A stretch of 64,000 nt of DNA from Escherichia phage UGJNEcP1: the sequence record OV754623; one strand, given 5' to 3'. The notes below the pieces were generated by a model. The model was not told the origin of the DNA. It saw nothing but the letters and a program-made list of their open reading frames with translations, and made no database searches. The position numbers and the translations under genes are program-made. Positions 25,889-37,930 of the stretch are shown piece by piece. Numbering within the stretch: the stretch's first letter is position 1; each line of letters begins with the position of its first letter.

Positions 25889-26152
25889 TTAAATACCAGC
25901 TTCGCGTTTAACATAATCGACGTAAGCTTGGATAGCTTTCTTGCTGGTAATTTTTACCTGGCCACGTCCATTGCCTTCTTTAGAGTTTTTCTTAACAACT
26001 ACATTACCATCTTTAACACCCCATACATGGACGTAAGTACCGATGTTTCGGTCGTAGAACATTGCATGGTCGTTGTTGTAAGAGAATGATTCGTAGTTCT
26101 CTGTCAGAGTAGAAGATTGAGATTCGGCGATAAATTCTTTATAGGTTTTCAT
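25889..26152 (-). CDS. ipI: internal protein I-like (leader MKTYKEFIAE)
   Basis: Capsid-targeting leader; located next to 57B as ipI is in T4; promoter 26178-26216 upstream. Confidence 0.65.
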   Translation of the reverse strand: MKTYKEFIAESQSSTLTENYESFSYNNDHAMFYDRNIGTYVHVWGVKDGNVVVKKNSKEGNGRGQVKITSKKAIQAYVDYVKREAGI

Positions 26153-26177
26153 TTTATTTCCTTGAGGTTGTTTATTT

Positions 26178-26216
26178 GATAGGATGATAGTAACACACCA
26201 TCATCCTTATGTAAAC
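26178..26216 (-). promoter_or_regulatory. PeSL-type early promoter upstream of ipI-like gene
   Basis: Stem AGGATGAT/ATCATCCT flanking -10; GTTTAC -35. Confidence 0.6.
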
Positions 26217-26229
26217 TGTTTTGTGAAAA

Positions 26230-26915
<686 letters not shown>

Positions 26916-26919
26916 TTTA

Positions 26920-27654
26920 TTACCTTAAGATTGTTTCAATTTTAGAATAAAGCTCTTCTAAAGAGCCGTCGTTTGTAATAACTAAATCGCCTTCTTCAAT
27001 AGGCAACCCAGCTTCTGTAATATGTTTATCGGTGGATTCCGTACCAGAGCGAACCACATGAATAACTGTAGCACCCATCGCTCTAGCGGTTTCCATTTCA
27101 TGGACTTGACGTGTATCGGTTACGACATAGTAATCGAAATCACTTCCAATATAATCCATATAGTTTAATGCAAAAAGTTTAACCCAATACATACGGTCAA
27201 ATAAATTAACGACAACATCCGTACCGAGGGCTTGCATAAGACGGCGGATTGACCATGTGTCGTTGATATTATTTATAGCTTCACGCAGAGCTTCATATGG
27301 TTTAATATCTAGATACGAATATCCACCTTCTAACGATGATAATACTTTAACATTATTAATTGGTAAATATTGACTTTGCAAATAAATTAGCGCTTCTTCC
27401 AATAATTCAATAACATCCAACTTATTGATATTTAATGGTGTTTCACGGTCATATCCAACGCCTTCAAAGTATTCATATTTCAACTCAGTGAATACATCAG
27501 GATTTTCAGCATGTTTACGTCCCCAGGCTATTGCTAAAGCGTCTTTAATCGGATATGCTAATTGGTATTTTACGGATTTAAAGTTTGAATTGATGTAATC
27601 AGCAGTAGTGTCTTTACCACTACGTTTGATGCCACTTAAAAAGATTAGCTCCAT
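26920..27654 (-). CDS. 1: deoxynucleoside monophosphate kinase (gp1)
   Basis: N-terminal P-loop FLSGIKRSGKDT; 244 aa; ...RLMQALGTD...MYWVKLFA matches T4 gp1. Confidence 0.9.
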   Translation of the reverse strand: MELIFLSGIKRSGKDTTADYINSNFKSVKYQLAYPIKDALAIAWGRKHAENPDVFTELKYEYFEGVGYDRETPLNINKLDVIELLEEALIYLQSQYLPINNVKVLSSLEGGYSYLDIKPYEALREAINNINDTWSIRRLMQALGTDVVVNLFDRMYWVKLFALNYMDYIGSDFDYYVVTDTRQVHEMETARAMGATVIHVVRSGTESTDKHITEAGLPIEEGDLVITNDGSLEELYSKIETILR

Positions 27655-27707
27655 AGGTTTTCCTCATATAATTTATGAGTGATTATAACATACGGAGCTA
27701 GAAGCGA

Positions 27708-28298
27708 TTAACGCAAGGAAGGGTGTCTAGAAATGGATTTAGATTCGACCGCTTGACGTGGTTGTTGAGATACAATGACTTCACCATCCTTTTCTATCGT
27801 CATATACGCGTAATGAATAGTTGCTACGCAAGTAACGGCAGGGTCAGAATCTTCAGTGTAACTAAATTCAATTTCGCTCAGATCGGAAATCCATGGTTTA
27901 TAGAAATTTGCCGTCAAAACTACTTCGGTCTTATTGTTGTTTAAAATGTGCAAAGTAACAAACTCAGGACCATCGGAGTGGGCCGTATTATGTCCGGTTA
28001 TATAGTTATTAGTGCTGAGCATCCATTTATACATGTTCATCCAGGACGTCATGTCTTCATCAACTATAAATCGTACAACAAAAGGGTCATATTCAAATGT
28101 GGTGCCTGCACGCATTGCACGTCCTAACCCCATTGTGCCTGTAACAGTTTCAACAACAGGAATTCTCACGCCCGGCAATGGAGCCGTTTGGGCATTGAGC
28201 ACAAAACCTGAAGTTCGTGTACTATCTGGGATATCCACAACAAAGTTTGTTATATTTGTTTGGTTAAAAATCTGTCTCGCTGGACGAGTCATAAGCAC
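27708..28298 (-). CDS. 3: tail completion / sheath stabiliser protein (gp3)
   Basis: Position between genes 1 and 2; track ORF 196 aa (T4 gp3 recalled as ~176 aa, so start may be downstream). Confidence 0.7.
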   Translation of the reverse strand: MLMTRPARQIFNQTNITNFVVDIPDSTRTSGFVLNAQTAPLPGVRIPVVETVTGTMGLGRAMRAGTTFEYDPFVVRFIVDEDMTSWMNMYKWMLSTNNYITGHNTAHSDGPEFVTLHILNNNKTEVVLTANFYKPWISDLSEIEFSYTEDSDPAVTCVATIHYAYMTIEKDGEVIVSQQPRQAVESKSISRHPSLR

Positions 28299-28394
28299 CT
28301 CAAAAACGCTTTAATAAAAATGCAGTATAATGGTTTTAGGTCTCTTCCATTAATCCGGTTCAACAGAATATCAGACGAACGGAAGAGAATAGAA

Positions 28395-29216
28395 TTAAGA
28401 TTTCCAAACAGTATTCGCAGAGAAACGTTTTCCTTTTGACATAAACTGCTGAGTAGGTAACATGATTATGTTAGCCCAGTCTTTAGGAGCTATTTCTGTT
28501 ATTGTTCCTCTAATGTGGCCTGGCAGGTATGCTTTAATCATTTTGTCAGCACCTTGAAATCCTTTCACCTTGCTCCAGTCTATCTTCAACTTTGTGTTAT
28601 TAGTAATAGTAGTTGTGCTAGCATATTGCTTCAGCAATTCTTCAAGAAACTGTTGTCGTGCTTTAGGTGGGATATAGTGCAAGTTTAACCCATACATCAA
28701 ATTATGTTTACCTAATCCTAAATAAATAATCAAAGGATATCTGTCCCAATACGGCAGAGTATCTTTATGTTTAGCATCATACACGTAAGTATAAATTTTG
28801 CCTGGCGTAGGCTTGACTACTTTATGACCTTTTACACTTTTCTTAATTGTTTCAACAAACCACTTAGATGATTTGTTGTTTACTGCTGCACCTTCATTTC
28901 TAATCTTTTCTCGTATTGAACTGCGAAACGAGTTTATCATCAGAAGCTGGCGTTCTTGCTTATTGAGTTTATTTTTAGGTTTAGATTCAAGCGTTTCAAT
29001 TTTCTGTGCAGTCTTAATAGATGATGCATATCTAGACATTGCCGATGTAAACGACGAGTATTTTATTCCTTTTGATTCTGCAAATGCTTTTGCAGTGATT
29101 CCTTTCTCTTTAGCTTTCTTGTATTCTAATCCTATCTCAATCCATTTTCTTTCATTCACAGACTGAGCAATCTTAGGGGCTTGTACCCCTTCAGATATAA
29201 CTTGGAATATGCTCAT
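28395..29216 (-). CDS. 2: DNA end-protector protein (gp2)
   Basis: 273 aa, position and size as T4 gp2. Confidence 0.75.
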   Translation of the reverse strand: MSIFQVISEGVQAPKIAQSVNERKWIEIGLEYKKAKEKGITAKAFAESKGIKYSSFTSAMSRYASSIKTAQKIETLESKPKNKLNKQERQLLMINSFRSSIREKIRNEGAAVNNKSSKWFVETIKKSVKGHKVVKPTPGKIYTYVYDAKHKDTLPYWDRYPLIIYLGLGKHNLMYGLNLHYIPPKARQQFLEELLKQYASTTTITNNTKLKIDWSKVKGFQGADKMIKAYLPGHIRGTITEIAPKDWANIIMLPTQQFMSKGKRFSANTVWKS

Positions 29217-29218
29217 AA

Positions 29219-29671
29219 TTACCCCTTGTATCCGAGTTTTCTAAGACCATCTTCGGTTAGAACTCGAAATTTTATATTTCTCTTTTCAGCAACAGCTGAG
29301 GCAGCTTTCCATTTGTCACAGTTCACAGACCACACGTATATTTCATTCATATAACGTTTCTTAGCCGCAGTTGTAAGATTCACCGGTTTAATAGGTGGTT
29401 GAGTTTCTTTCTTTGGTTTTATTTCTACAAAAAACTCTTGTCCTGATGCATCTTTCATCCATATGTCCATATAGTATCGACGTTTCTTACCTTCAGCATT
29501 ACAAAAATATGGAATTACTGCTGTTTCACTACCCCATGCAATAATTTCTGGATTTTTATCCAGCCATTCGAAAAAGAATTTTTCCCAGTTTGAACGATAC
29601 GTTATTTTGGTATGGTCTCCACGGTATTTTTTTAAATTTTTTGGGACCCATTTACCAGAGTAGGCCATGTT
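29219..29671 (-). CDS. 4: head completion protein (gp4)
   Basis: Start at [11 protein letters not shown] (matches recalled T4 gp4 N-terminus) rather than the longer track ORF. Confidence 0.8.
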   Translation of the reverse strand, partial: NMAYSGKWVPKNLKKYRGDHTKITYRSNWEKFFFEWLDKNPEIIAWGSETAVIPYFCNAEGKKRRYYMDIWMKDASGQEFFVEIKPKKETQPPIKPVNLTTAAKKRYMNEIYVWSVNCDKWKAASAVAEKRNIKFRVLTEDGLRKLGYKG

Positions 29672-29679
29672 GTCCTCCT

Positions 29680-29687
29680 TATAAATA
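29680..29687 (+). promoter_or_regulatory. late promoter TATAAATA (gene 53)
   Basis: Exact octamer ~45 nt upstream of gene 53. Confidence 0.6.
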
Positions 29688-29729
29688 GTATTATTATTTA
29701 TACCAATTTCATATTGGAAGGAGACTATC

Positions 29730-30305
29730 TTGTTATTTACATTCTTCGACCCAATAGGATATAGTGCTAAAACAGTTGATAAGAATGCACCTACTATTCC
29801 TATGACAGACATATTTCGTAACTATAAAGAGTACTTTAAGCGTGTTGCTGCCAATTATAGATTACGTTCTTATTATATTAAAGGCTCTCCGCGTCCTGAA
29901 GAATTAGCAAACATAATTTATGGAAACCCACAATTATACTGGGTTCTTTTGATGTGTAATGATAACTATGATCCGTATTACGGTTGGATTACATCTCAGG
30001 AAGCAGCGTATCAAGCTTCTATTCAGAAATATGCAAATGCCGGCGGCGACCAAATTCTTTACCATATTAATGAAAATCGTGAGAAATTTTACAATTTAGT
30101 TTCATATCCGGACGAGCCTTTAGTGTGGTATGATAAAGGTGATGAAGCTCGTAAGTATCCGCAATATAAAGGACCTTTAGCTGCAGTAGATACTTATGAA
30201 GCGGCAGTATTAGATAATGAAAAACTTCGTAAAATAAAAATTGTTGCAAAAGAAGATATAAACTCGTTTATCACAGATTTGATTCGTGAGATGGAGATTG
30301 CATAA
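29730..30305 (+). CDS. 53: baseplate wedge protein gp53
   Basis: MLFTFFDP... matches T4 gp53; apparent TTG start 7 nt after GGAGG; late promoter TATAAATA at 29680-29687. Confidence 0.85.
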   Translation: MLFTFFDPIGYSAKTVDKNAPTIPMTDIFRNYKEYFKRVAANYRLRSYYIKGSPRPEELANIIYGNPQLYWVLLMCNDNYDPYYGWITSQEAAYQASIQKYANAGGDQILYHINENREKFYNLVSYPDEPLVWYDKGDEARKYPQYKGPLAAVDTYEAAVLDNEKLRKIKIVAKEDINSFITDLIREMEIA

Positions 30306-32038
30306 TGGAAATGATTAGCAGTAGCCTTAATTGGTTCGTGGGTGTTGTCGAGGACAGAATGGACCCATTAAAACAAGGGCGAGTTCGAGTTCGAGTCGTT
30401 GGTCTTCATCCGGCACAGAGAGCACAAGGTGATGTACAAGGTATTCCTACAGAAAAACTTCCATGGATGACTGTTATTCAACCTATTACGTCTGCATCAA
30501 TGTCAGGTATTGGTGGTTCTGTTACAGGTCCTGTTGAAGGAACTCGAGTATATGGTCATTTCTTAGACAAATGGAAAACAAACGGGATTGTACTTGGTAC
30601 ATATGGCGGAATTGTACGTGAAAAGCCTAATAGACTTGAAGGTTTTTCAGACCCGACAGGCCAGTATCCGCGACGTTTAGGTAATGATACAAACGTATTA
30701 AACCAAGGTGGTGAAGCTGGTTATTATTCGAACTCTAACGTAATTCAAGATAACAACTTGGATTATGGTATAAACCCAGATGATACAGATTTAGCAAATA
30801 TTCCAGAAGATGATGACCCTAATTTTACAATAACAGAAATGTTACGTCGTGACGAAGGTCTTCGTGATAAAGTGTATTGGGACCATCTCGGGTATCCTAC
30901 AGTAGGTATTGGACACCTTATCGTAATGGAAAAGACCCGAGATATGTCTCGAATTAATAAATTGTTATCTGATCAAGTAGGGCGTGAAGTAACAGGAAAT
31001 CCCGGGTCTATTACATTAGAAGAAGCAACAGCGTTATTTGAGAAAGACCTTGCTAAGATGCAAAAAGACATTCGTTCTAATTCTAAAGTAGGTCCTGTTT
31101 ATGCTAAAATGAACAGGTCTCGTCAAATGGCATTAGAAAACATGTGCTTCCAAATGGGTGTTGGTGGTGTAGCAAAATTCAATACTATGCTTAAAGCAAT
31201 GGCCACAGGCGATTGGAAAACTGCATACAAATCTGGACGCGATTCATTATGGTTCCAACAGACTAAAGGACGCGCTTCACGTGTAACAACAATTATTTTA
31301 ACAGGTAACATGGAATCATACGGTGTTCCTGTTAAAACACCTCCTTCACCAGGAGTTGGTGCCGATTTAGTTACTAGAAATACCGATCCAGAAGACCCGG
31401 CCGGTCCTCCTGTTCCATTAGATTCACGCATCCTTTTTAAAGAACCGGAATCAAGTTATCGTGGTGAGTACCCATATGTTCATGCTATGGAAACAGAAAG
31501 TGGTCATATTCAAGAATTCGATGATACTCCAGGTAATGAACGTTATCGCTTAGTTCATCCAACAGGGTCATATGAGGAAGTTTCTCCGTCCGGGCGACGT
31601 ACTCGTAAAACTGTAGAAGACCTTTTTGACATCACTAATGGTGATGGGAACTTCTTGATTTCTGGCGATAAGCTTGTTAACGTTGGTGCTAATGAAATAT
31701 ATTATAACATGGCAGACCGCCTCCATCAAATAGACGGCAATGACACAATCTTTATTCGTGGTAACCAATCTAAAACTGTTGAAGGCGATGGAACTCTTTA
31801 CGTTAAGGGCAATATCAAAATAGTTGTTGACGGAAATGCAGATATTCTTGTTAAAGGTGATGCTAAAACTCAGGTCGAAGGGAATCATGATTACACCGTC
31901 AACGGAAACGTTAAATGGACTGTTAATGGTAATGTTGATATGACTGTTGCCGGTGATTGGGCAGAAACAATGTCTACAATGAGCTCAGTAGCTTCAGGAC
32001 AATACACTGTTGACGGATCTCGTATTGATATTGGGTAA
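30305..32038 (+). CDS. 5: baseplate hub subunit and tail lysozyme gp5
   Basis: 577 aa; internal lysozyme segment DEGLRDKVYWDHLGYPTVGIGHL; C-terminal beta-helix VxGxxxxx repeats. Confidence 0.95.
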   Translation: MEMISSSLNWFVGVVEDRMDPLKQGRVRVRVVGLHPAQRAQGDVQGIPTEKLPWMTVIQPITSASMSGIGGSVTGPVEGTRVYGHFLDKWKTNGIVLGTYGGIVREKPNRLEGFSDPTGQYPRRLGNDTNVLNQGGEAGYYSNSNVIQDNNLDYGINPDDTDLANIPEDDDPNFTITEMLRRDEGLRDKVYWDHLGYPTVGIGHLIVMEKTRDMSRINKLLSDQVGREVTGNPGSITLEEATALFEKDLAKMQKDIRSNSKVGPVYAKMNRSRQMALENMCFQMGVGGVAKFNTMLKAMATGDWKTAYKSGRDSLWFQQTKGRASRVTTIILTGNMESYGVPVKTPPSPGVGADLVTRNTDPEDPAGPPVPLDSRILFKEPESSYRGEYPYVHAMETESGHIQEFDDTPGNERYRLVHPTGSYEEVSPSGRRTRKTVEDLFDITNGDGNFLISGDKLVNVGANEIYYNMADRLHQIDGNDTIFIRGNQSKTVEGDGTLYVKGNIKIVVDGNADILVKGDAKTQVEGNHDYTVNGNVKWTVNGNVDMTVAGDWAETMSTMSSVASGQYTVDGSRIDIG

Positions 32039-32041
32039 TAT

Positions 32042-32557
32042 ATGGCACAAATACTTCCTTTAAATACCGACTTAGGAGAAGACATGGAAGGGGCGTCTAT
32101 TGACGTCCTTTTTACTCCACAGTTAGAAACAACCGAAACTTTAGTGTCAATAAATATAACAGATTATGAACCGACACAAGGCATTACGGTAGATGGTAAT
32201 CGTTTATATGGAACATATGAAAGTGTGTTTAGCTTTTCTTCAGACGCATTGAAATACCGATTAAATGATGATTTTGAAACCGCATCTTCATGGGATGATT
32301 TACCAAAAGATGAGTCTACACAGTTATATTTGTGGAGAGCTCCTCAGAATCTTCGTAAAGTGTTTAGTTATACGGTTGAAATGATTTATAACTACCAAGA
32401 AGAAAGTTCATCAGGCGGTTCTAGAAGTGACTCTGGTACAGAACCTCCACCGGCTCCAGTACAAAAAACTCTTACTAAGGTTTATACAAAAACTATAGTA
32501 GGAAATTGGAGCAAATGGGCTCATCAATTACGAAACTATGTTTATGTGAGGCCGTGA
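32042..32557 (+). CDS. 5.1: gp5.1-like protein
   Basis: 171-aa ORF between genes 5 and 5.4. Confidence 0.7.
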   Translation: MAQILPLNTDLGEDMEGASIDVLFTPQLETTETLVSINITDYEPTQGITVDGNRLYGTYESVFSFSSDALKYRLNDDFETASSWDDLPKDESTQLYLWRAPQNLRKVFSYTVEMIYNYQEESSSGGSRSDSGTEPPPAPVQKTLTKVYTKTIVGNWSKWAHQLRNYVYVRP

Positions 32558-32559
32558 AA

Positions 32560-32853
32560 ATGTCTGGCTTAAGTTACGACAAGTGCGTTACAGCAGGTCA
32601 TGAAGCATGGCCTCCTACTGTAATAAATGCTTCCCAATCTAAAGTGTTCACCGGCGGTATTCCTGTTCTTGTGGCAGGAGACCAAATAACACCTCATACA
32701 GAAATTAAAAAACCATACGAGACTCATGGAGGTGTTACTGAACCTCGTACATCTAAAGTATACGTCACCGGTAAAAAGGCCGTTCAAATGGCTGACCCAA
32801 TTTCATGCGGGGATACTGTTTCTCAGGCCTCGTCAAAAGTCTTTATAAAATAG
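32560..32853 (+). CDS. 5.4: PAAR-repeat spike tip protein gp5.4
   Basis: 97 aa from MSGLSYDKC; PAAR-like fold position. Confidence 0.75.
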   Translation: MSGLSYDKCVTAGHEAWPPTVINASQSKVFTGGIPVLVAGDQITPHTEIKKPYETHGGVTEPRTSKVYVTGKKAVQMADPISCGDTVSQASSKVFIK

Positions 32854-32861
32854 GAATTAAA

Positions 32862-34835
32862 ATGGCAAACACTCCTGTAAATTATCAATTAACCCGAACA
32901 GCGAATGCTATTCCCGAGATTTTTATCGGGGGCACATTTGCCGAAATCAAACAGAACATTATCGAATGGCTTAATGGGCAGAATGAATTTCTTGATTATG
33001 ATTTTGAAGGTTCGCGTTTAAACGTATTGTGTGACCTTTTAGCATATAACACTCTTTACATCCAACAGTTCAGTAATAGTGCAGTGTATGAAAGTTTTAT
33101 GCGTACTGCAAACTTGCGTAGTTCTGTTGTACAAGCGGCTCAAGATAACGGATATCTGCCTTCATCTAAATCAGCAGCACAAACAGAAATTATGCTCACA
33201 TGTACAGATGCATTAAATAGAAACTATATCACCATTCCACGTGGCACTCGTTTCTTAGCATACGCCAAAGATACTTCTGTTAACCCGTATAACTTTGTTT
33301 CTACTGAAGATGTCATTGTAGTTAAAGACAAAAATAACCAATATTTTCCACGTCTTCGATTAGCTCAAGGACGTATTGTTCGCACTGAATTAACATTTGA
33401 TAGATTAAAACCTATCATTATTCGTGATAAGAATATTGACCGTAATTTGGTTAAGTTGTATGTTGACGGAGCAGAATGGATTAACTGGACTCGTAAGTCG
33501 ATGGTTCACGCTGGTTCTACGTCAACAATCTATTATATGCGTGAAACAGTTGATGGGAACACCGAATTTTATTTTGGTGAAGGCGAAATCTCTATTAACA
33601 CGTCAGAAGGTGCGTTAACATCTAACTATATTGGTGGCCTTAAACCTGTTCAGGGTTCTAAAATCGTAATTGAGTATATTTCTACTAATGGCGCAGATGC
33701 TAACGGTGCTGTAGGATTTTCTTATGCTGATACATTAGCTAATATCACGGTAATCGATATTAACGAGAACCCTAGCAATAACCCAGACTTTGTTGGGGCT
33801 GATGGTGGTGGTGACCCTGAAGATATTGAACGTATCCGCGAATTAGGCACAATTAAACGCGAAACTCAACAACGTTGTGTAACCGCTTCCGACTATGACA
33901 CATTCGTCTCTGAGCGGTTTGGTTCTATTATTCAAGCGGTTCAAACATTCACAGATTCATCTAAACCAGGGTACGCATATATTGCTGCTAAGCCTAAATC
34001 TGGATTGTATTTGACTTCTGTTCAACGTGATGATATCAAAAACTATTTGAATGATTATAATTTAGGGACTATTACACCTGTTGTTATTTCGCCTGATTAT
34101 TTGTTTATCAAAATGAATATCAAAGTTACATACGCGTTGAATAAACTCCAAGAATCAGAACAATATCTTGAAGGGCAAATTATTAATAAAATTGACCGAT
34201 ATTATATTGAAGATGTAGAAATTTTTAACTCATCGTTTGCAAAATCTAAAATGCTAACTTATGTCGATGATGCAGATATTTCTATTATTGGTTCTTCAGC
34301 TACTATTCAAATGGTTCGCGAAGTACAAAACTTCTATAAAACGCCTGAGGCCGGTATTAAATACAATAATCAGATTAAAGATAGATCGATGGAATCTAAT
34401 ATATTCTCGTTTGATTCGCACAGACCTAATCCAGAAAATGCAAACGAAACTATTAAATACGGTGTTCGCATAGTATCTTCTGACCGTAATGACCGTGGCA
34501 TAGGTCAAGTTATTATTGGTCCATTTGCAGACGGTGATGTTGTTGAAAACGAAAATATACAACCTTATACAGGTAATGATTTTAATAAACTTACTGTTAC
34601 TGACGGACGAAACAAATACTATTCAATTGGTGAAGTGAATTATCCTGCCGATTCGATTTATTGGAACATTGCTAAAATTGACCTCACTTCGGATCGTTTT
34701 GAAGTTCAAACAATTGAACTTTATTCCGACCCTGCAGATGATATTATTTTTACAAAGGATGGTTCTTTAATCGTATTCGAAAATGACTTACGTCCTCAGT
34801 ACTTAACTATAGATTTGGAGCCTATTTCACAATGA
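32862..34835 (+). CDS. 6: baseplate wedge protein gp6
   Basis: Start at MANTPVNYQ; ~657 aa; gene order. Confidence 0.9.
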   Translation: MANTPVNYQLTRTANAIPEIFIGGTFAEIKQNIIEWLNGQNEFLDYDFEGSRLNVLCDLLAYNTLYIQQFSNSAVYESFMRTANLRSSVVQAAQDNGYLPSSKSAAQTEIMLTCTDALNRNYITIPRGTRFLAYAKDTSVNPYNFVSTEDVIVVKDKNNQYFPRLRLAQGRIVRTELTFDRLKPIIIRDKNIDRNLVKLYVDGAEWINWTRKSMVHAGSTSTIYYMRETVDGNTEFYFGEGEISINTSEGALTSNYIGGLKPVQGSKIVIEYISTNGADANGAVGFSYADTLANITVIDINENPSNNPDFVGADGGGDPEDIERIRELGTIKRETQQRCVTASDYDTFVSERFGSIIQAVQTFTDSSKPGYAYIAAKPKSGLYLTSVQRDDIKNYLNDYNLGTITPVVISPDYLFIKMNIKVTYALNKLQESEQYLEGQIINKIDRYYIEDVEIFNSSFAKSKMLTYVDDADISIIGSSATIQMVREVQNFYKTPEAGIKYNNQIKDRSMESNIFSFDSHRPNPENANETIKYGVRIVSSDRNDRGIGQVIIGPFADGDVVENENIQPYTGNDFNKLTVTDGRNKYYSIGEVNYPADSIYWNIAKIDLTSDRFEVQTIELYSDPADDIIFTKDGSLIVFENDLRPQYLTIDLEPISQ

Positions 34836-37800
34836 CAGTAAAAGCGCCAGCAGTCACAAGTCTCAGAATATCCAAGTTGTCCGCTAACCAAGTTCAAATA
34901 CGCTGGGATGACGTTGGTGCTAATTTCTACTATTTCGTAGAAATCGCTGAGACTAAAACGGCAGATGGGGGAATAATTCCCCCTGCCAGCTACAGATGGA
35001 TAAATTTAGGATATACTCCTGATAGCAACTGGTTCGAAAGTAGCTTAGACCCATTAACTTCTTATATTATTCGTGTATCAACTGCCGCTGAAGGCTTCGA
35101 GAGATCTGATTGGGTATATACCGAAATATTTGAATCATTTCAGACTAACGCGTATACATTTCAACATATGATTGAAATGCAATTGGCTAACACTTTTATT
35201 AGAGAAAAATTTACAAATAACAACATGGCTTATGTCGATTTTAATAACGACACTATAATGGCAGCTCTAATGAATGAATCGTTCCAATTTAGCCCTGCTT
35301 ATGCGGATATTTCATCTATTAAAAATTTCATTATTGGCGAAAATGAGTATCATGAAATTCAAGGTTCGATTCAACAGGTGTGTCATGATATAAACCGTGT
35401 TTATTTGATGGAATCTGAAGGAATTCTTTATTTGTTTGAACGGTATCAGCCTGTGGTTAAAGTCTCTAATGATAAGGGACAAACCTGGAAATCGGTTAAA
35501 TTGTTTAATGACCGTGTAGGGTACCCTGTATCAAGAACAGTGTATTACCAGACAGATTACACCACGTATGTTCTTGGGTATGATAAATTATTTTACGGCC
35601 GTAAATCAACTGACGTTCGTTGGTCTGCTGATGATGTGAGATTTAGTTCTCAAGATATAACATTTGCTAAAATTGGTGACCAGTTAAATTTAGGATTTGA
35701 TGTAGAAATATTTGGTAACTATGCATCATTACCTGCTAACGTATCACGTATTGCAGAAGCTATCGTTTGCAATGACGATTATGTATATGTTGCTGCTCGA
35801 GATAAAGTTCGTTTTATTAAAACTAGTAATGCCCCTATTGATTCAGACCCGTTATCTCCGACATATTCCGAACGTTTGTTTGAACAAGAAACATTTAACA
35901 TCACAGGTAACCCTAAAGCAGTTTGCTATAAAATGGATTCTGTCGGTGGTAAAATATTTGCACTGATTATCGGTGAAGTTGTTAATCTTAATGACGACCC
36001 GAGGACCACTCCTATTGTTGATTCTGCTGATAAGGGTGTTTACGTTCTAGACCATGATGCTGGCACATTTAAACGTGTGTTTGGTAATACTGAAGAAGAA
36101 CGCCGTCGTATTGAACCTGGGTACACTAGTATGTCTACTGACGGTGTTGAGTTATCTATTTCATCTAGTAATTTTAAATTTTTAGAATCAGATATTGTTG
36201 ATGACCCAAAAACACAAGTCAAGTACGGTTTAATCGGTGCTGTTAAATATGAGTATCCTCGAGAATGGTTGGCTGATAAACATTATCATATGATGGCATT
36301 TATTTCAACTGAAGACTCTCAATGGGAATCATTCACTCCTCAACCGATGGAATACTATGCTGAGCCGTTCTTTAGTTATTCTAGAAAGTCTGGTACTAGA
36401 TGTTGGATTAATAACTCAGACAAGGCCGTTGTAATTTATTCTGATTTACTTTACACTAAGGTTATTGAGAATCATCCACTTAGTTCTTCGGACCGTGAAG
36501 TTCATGAATATTGGAAGGACGGTGACTGTACAATAGTGATGCCTAACGTAGATTTCACCGGATTTAAAAAATATGCATCCGGCATGATTTTCTATAAAGC
36601 ATCAGGTGAGATTATTTCTTATTATGATTTTAGTTATCGTGTTAGAGATAATGTTTCTATAATTTGGAAGCCTACTAATATATTCTTAACAGCATCGTTA
36701 CAAAACCAAGAAAAAGATATCACATGGACTCCTGTGGAAGAGAATGGTATTGCGGATCCAGATTTACGTCCATTGCTCACTACAATGATGCCGGAGTCTT
36801 ATCTTTTAGATAATACAAACTTCGAAGCATTCTGCGAGGCTTATATTCAGTATCTTTCTGACGGCTATGGGACCCATTATAACAACCTTTTAAATCTTAT
36901 TAAAAATCAATATCCGCGCGAAGAACATGCGTGGGAATATTTATGGTCTGAGATTTATAAACGAAACATTTACTTAAACGCTGAAAAACGTGATTTAGTG
37001 GCTCGTTTCTTTGAATCAAGAAGTTATGACTTCTATTCAACTAAAGGAACTGAAGCATCATATAAATTCTTGTTTAAAGTGCTTTATAACGAAGATGTTG
37101 AAATTGAAATTGAATCTAGTTCCGGGACCGAATATGATATCATCATTGAATCTGATTCGTTGACAGAAGATTTGGTCGGTCAAACAATATACACCGCTAC
37201 AGGACGTTGTAATGTGACGTATATCGAGAGAAGTTACTCTAAAGGTAAATTACAATGGACCGTAACAATTCACAACCTCTTAGGTCGTTTAATCCAAGGA
37301 CAGGAAGTTAAAGCTGAAAGACTCCCTGGTTTTGAAGGTGAAATTGTTCGTGGTATTAAAGGTAAAGAGCTTTCTCAGAACAACATCGATTACATAAATC
37401 GTGGTAGAGCATACTACGTAATGAAGATTAAATCTAAACTTCCATCATCTCGTTGGAAATCAGACGTATTACGTTTTGTTCATCCGGTTGGATTTGGATT
37501 TATCGCAATTACCCTTCTCACAATGTTTATTAACACCGGATTAACACTTAAACATGTTGAAACCATTATTAATAAATATAAAAACTATAAGTGGGATTCT
37601 GGATTACCGACTAAATATGCAGACCGAGTGGCTAAATTAGACCCACAAGGAAATGTTGAGTTTGACCCTATTACAGGTAAAGCGATATATGAAATAGGCC
37701 CTATGGCTGGTCAAGATTATCCATTGCCTGAAGATTATAACGCTGAAAACAATAACTCCATATTTCAAGGTCAACTTCCATCGGAACGACGTAAACTGAT

Positions 37801-37930
37801 GAGCCCATTATTTGATGCGTCCGGAACAACATTCTCTAGATTTAGAGATTTGGTTGAACAACGGTTAATCGATAATGTAGGAAATCCAAGAGACCCCGTG
37901 AATCCACCACAGGTTAAATTAGATGAATGA
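34832..37930 (+). CDS. 7: baseplate wedge protein gp7
   Basis: 1032 aa, same length as T4 gp7; ATGA overlap with gene 6. Confidence 0.9.
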   Translation: MTVKAPAVTSLRISKLSANQVQIRWDDVGANFYYFVEIAETKTADGGIIPPASYRWINLGYTPDSNWFESSLDPLTSYIIRVSTAAEGFERSDWVYTEIFESFQTNAYTFQHMIEMQLANTFIREKFTNNNMAYVDFNNDTIMAALMNESFQFSPAYADISSIKNFIIGENEYHEIQGSIQQVCHDINRVYLMESEGILYLFERYQPVVKVSNDKGQTWKSVKLFNDRVGYPVSRTVYYQTDYTTYVLGYDKLFYGRKSTDVRWSADDVRFSSQDITFAKIGDQLNLGFDVEIFGNYASLPANVSRIAEAIVCNDDYVYVAARDKVRFIKTSNAPIDSDPLSPTYSERLFEQETFNITGNPKAVCYKMDSVGGKIFALIIGEVVNLNDDPRTTPIVDSADKGVYVLDHDAGTFKRVFGNTEEERRRIEPGYTSMSTDGVELSISSSNFKFLESDIVDDPKTQVKYGLIGAVKYEYPREWLADKHYHMMAFISTEDSQWESFTPQPMEYYAEPFFSYSRKSGTRCWINNSDKAVVIYSDLLYTKVIENHPLSSSDREVHEYWKDGDCTIVMPNVDFTGFKKYASGMIFYKASGEIISYYDFSYRVRDNVSIIWKPTNIFLTASLQNQEKDITWTPVEENGIADPDLRPLLTTMMPESYLLDNTNFEAFCEAYIQYLSDGYGTHYNNLLNLIKNQYPREEHAWEYLWSEIYKRNIYLNAEKRDLVARFFESRSYDFYSTKGTEASYKFLFKVLYNEDVEIEIESSSGTEYDIIIESDSLTEDLVGQTIYTATGRCNVTYIERSYSKGKLQWTVTIHNLLGRLIQGQEVKAERLPGFEGEIVRGIKGKELSQNNIDYINRGRAYYVMKIKSKLPSSRWKSDVLRFVHPVGFGFIAITLLTMFINTGLTLKHVETIINKYKNYKWDSGLPTKYADRVAKLDPQGNVEFDPITGKAIYEIGPMAGQDYPLPEDYNAENNNSIFQGQLPSERRKLMSPLFDASGTTFSRFRDLVEQRLIDNVGNPRDPVNPPQVKLDE

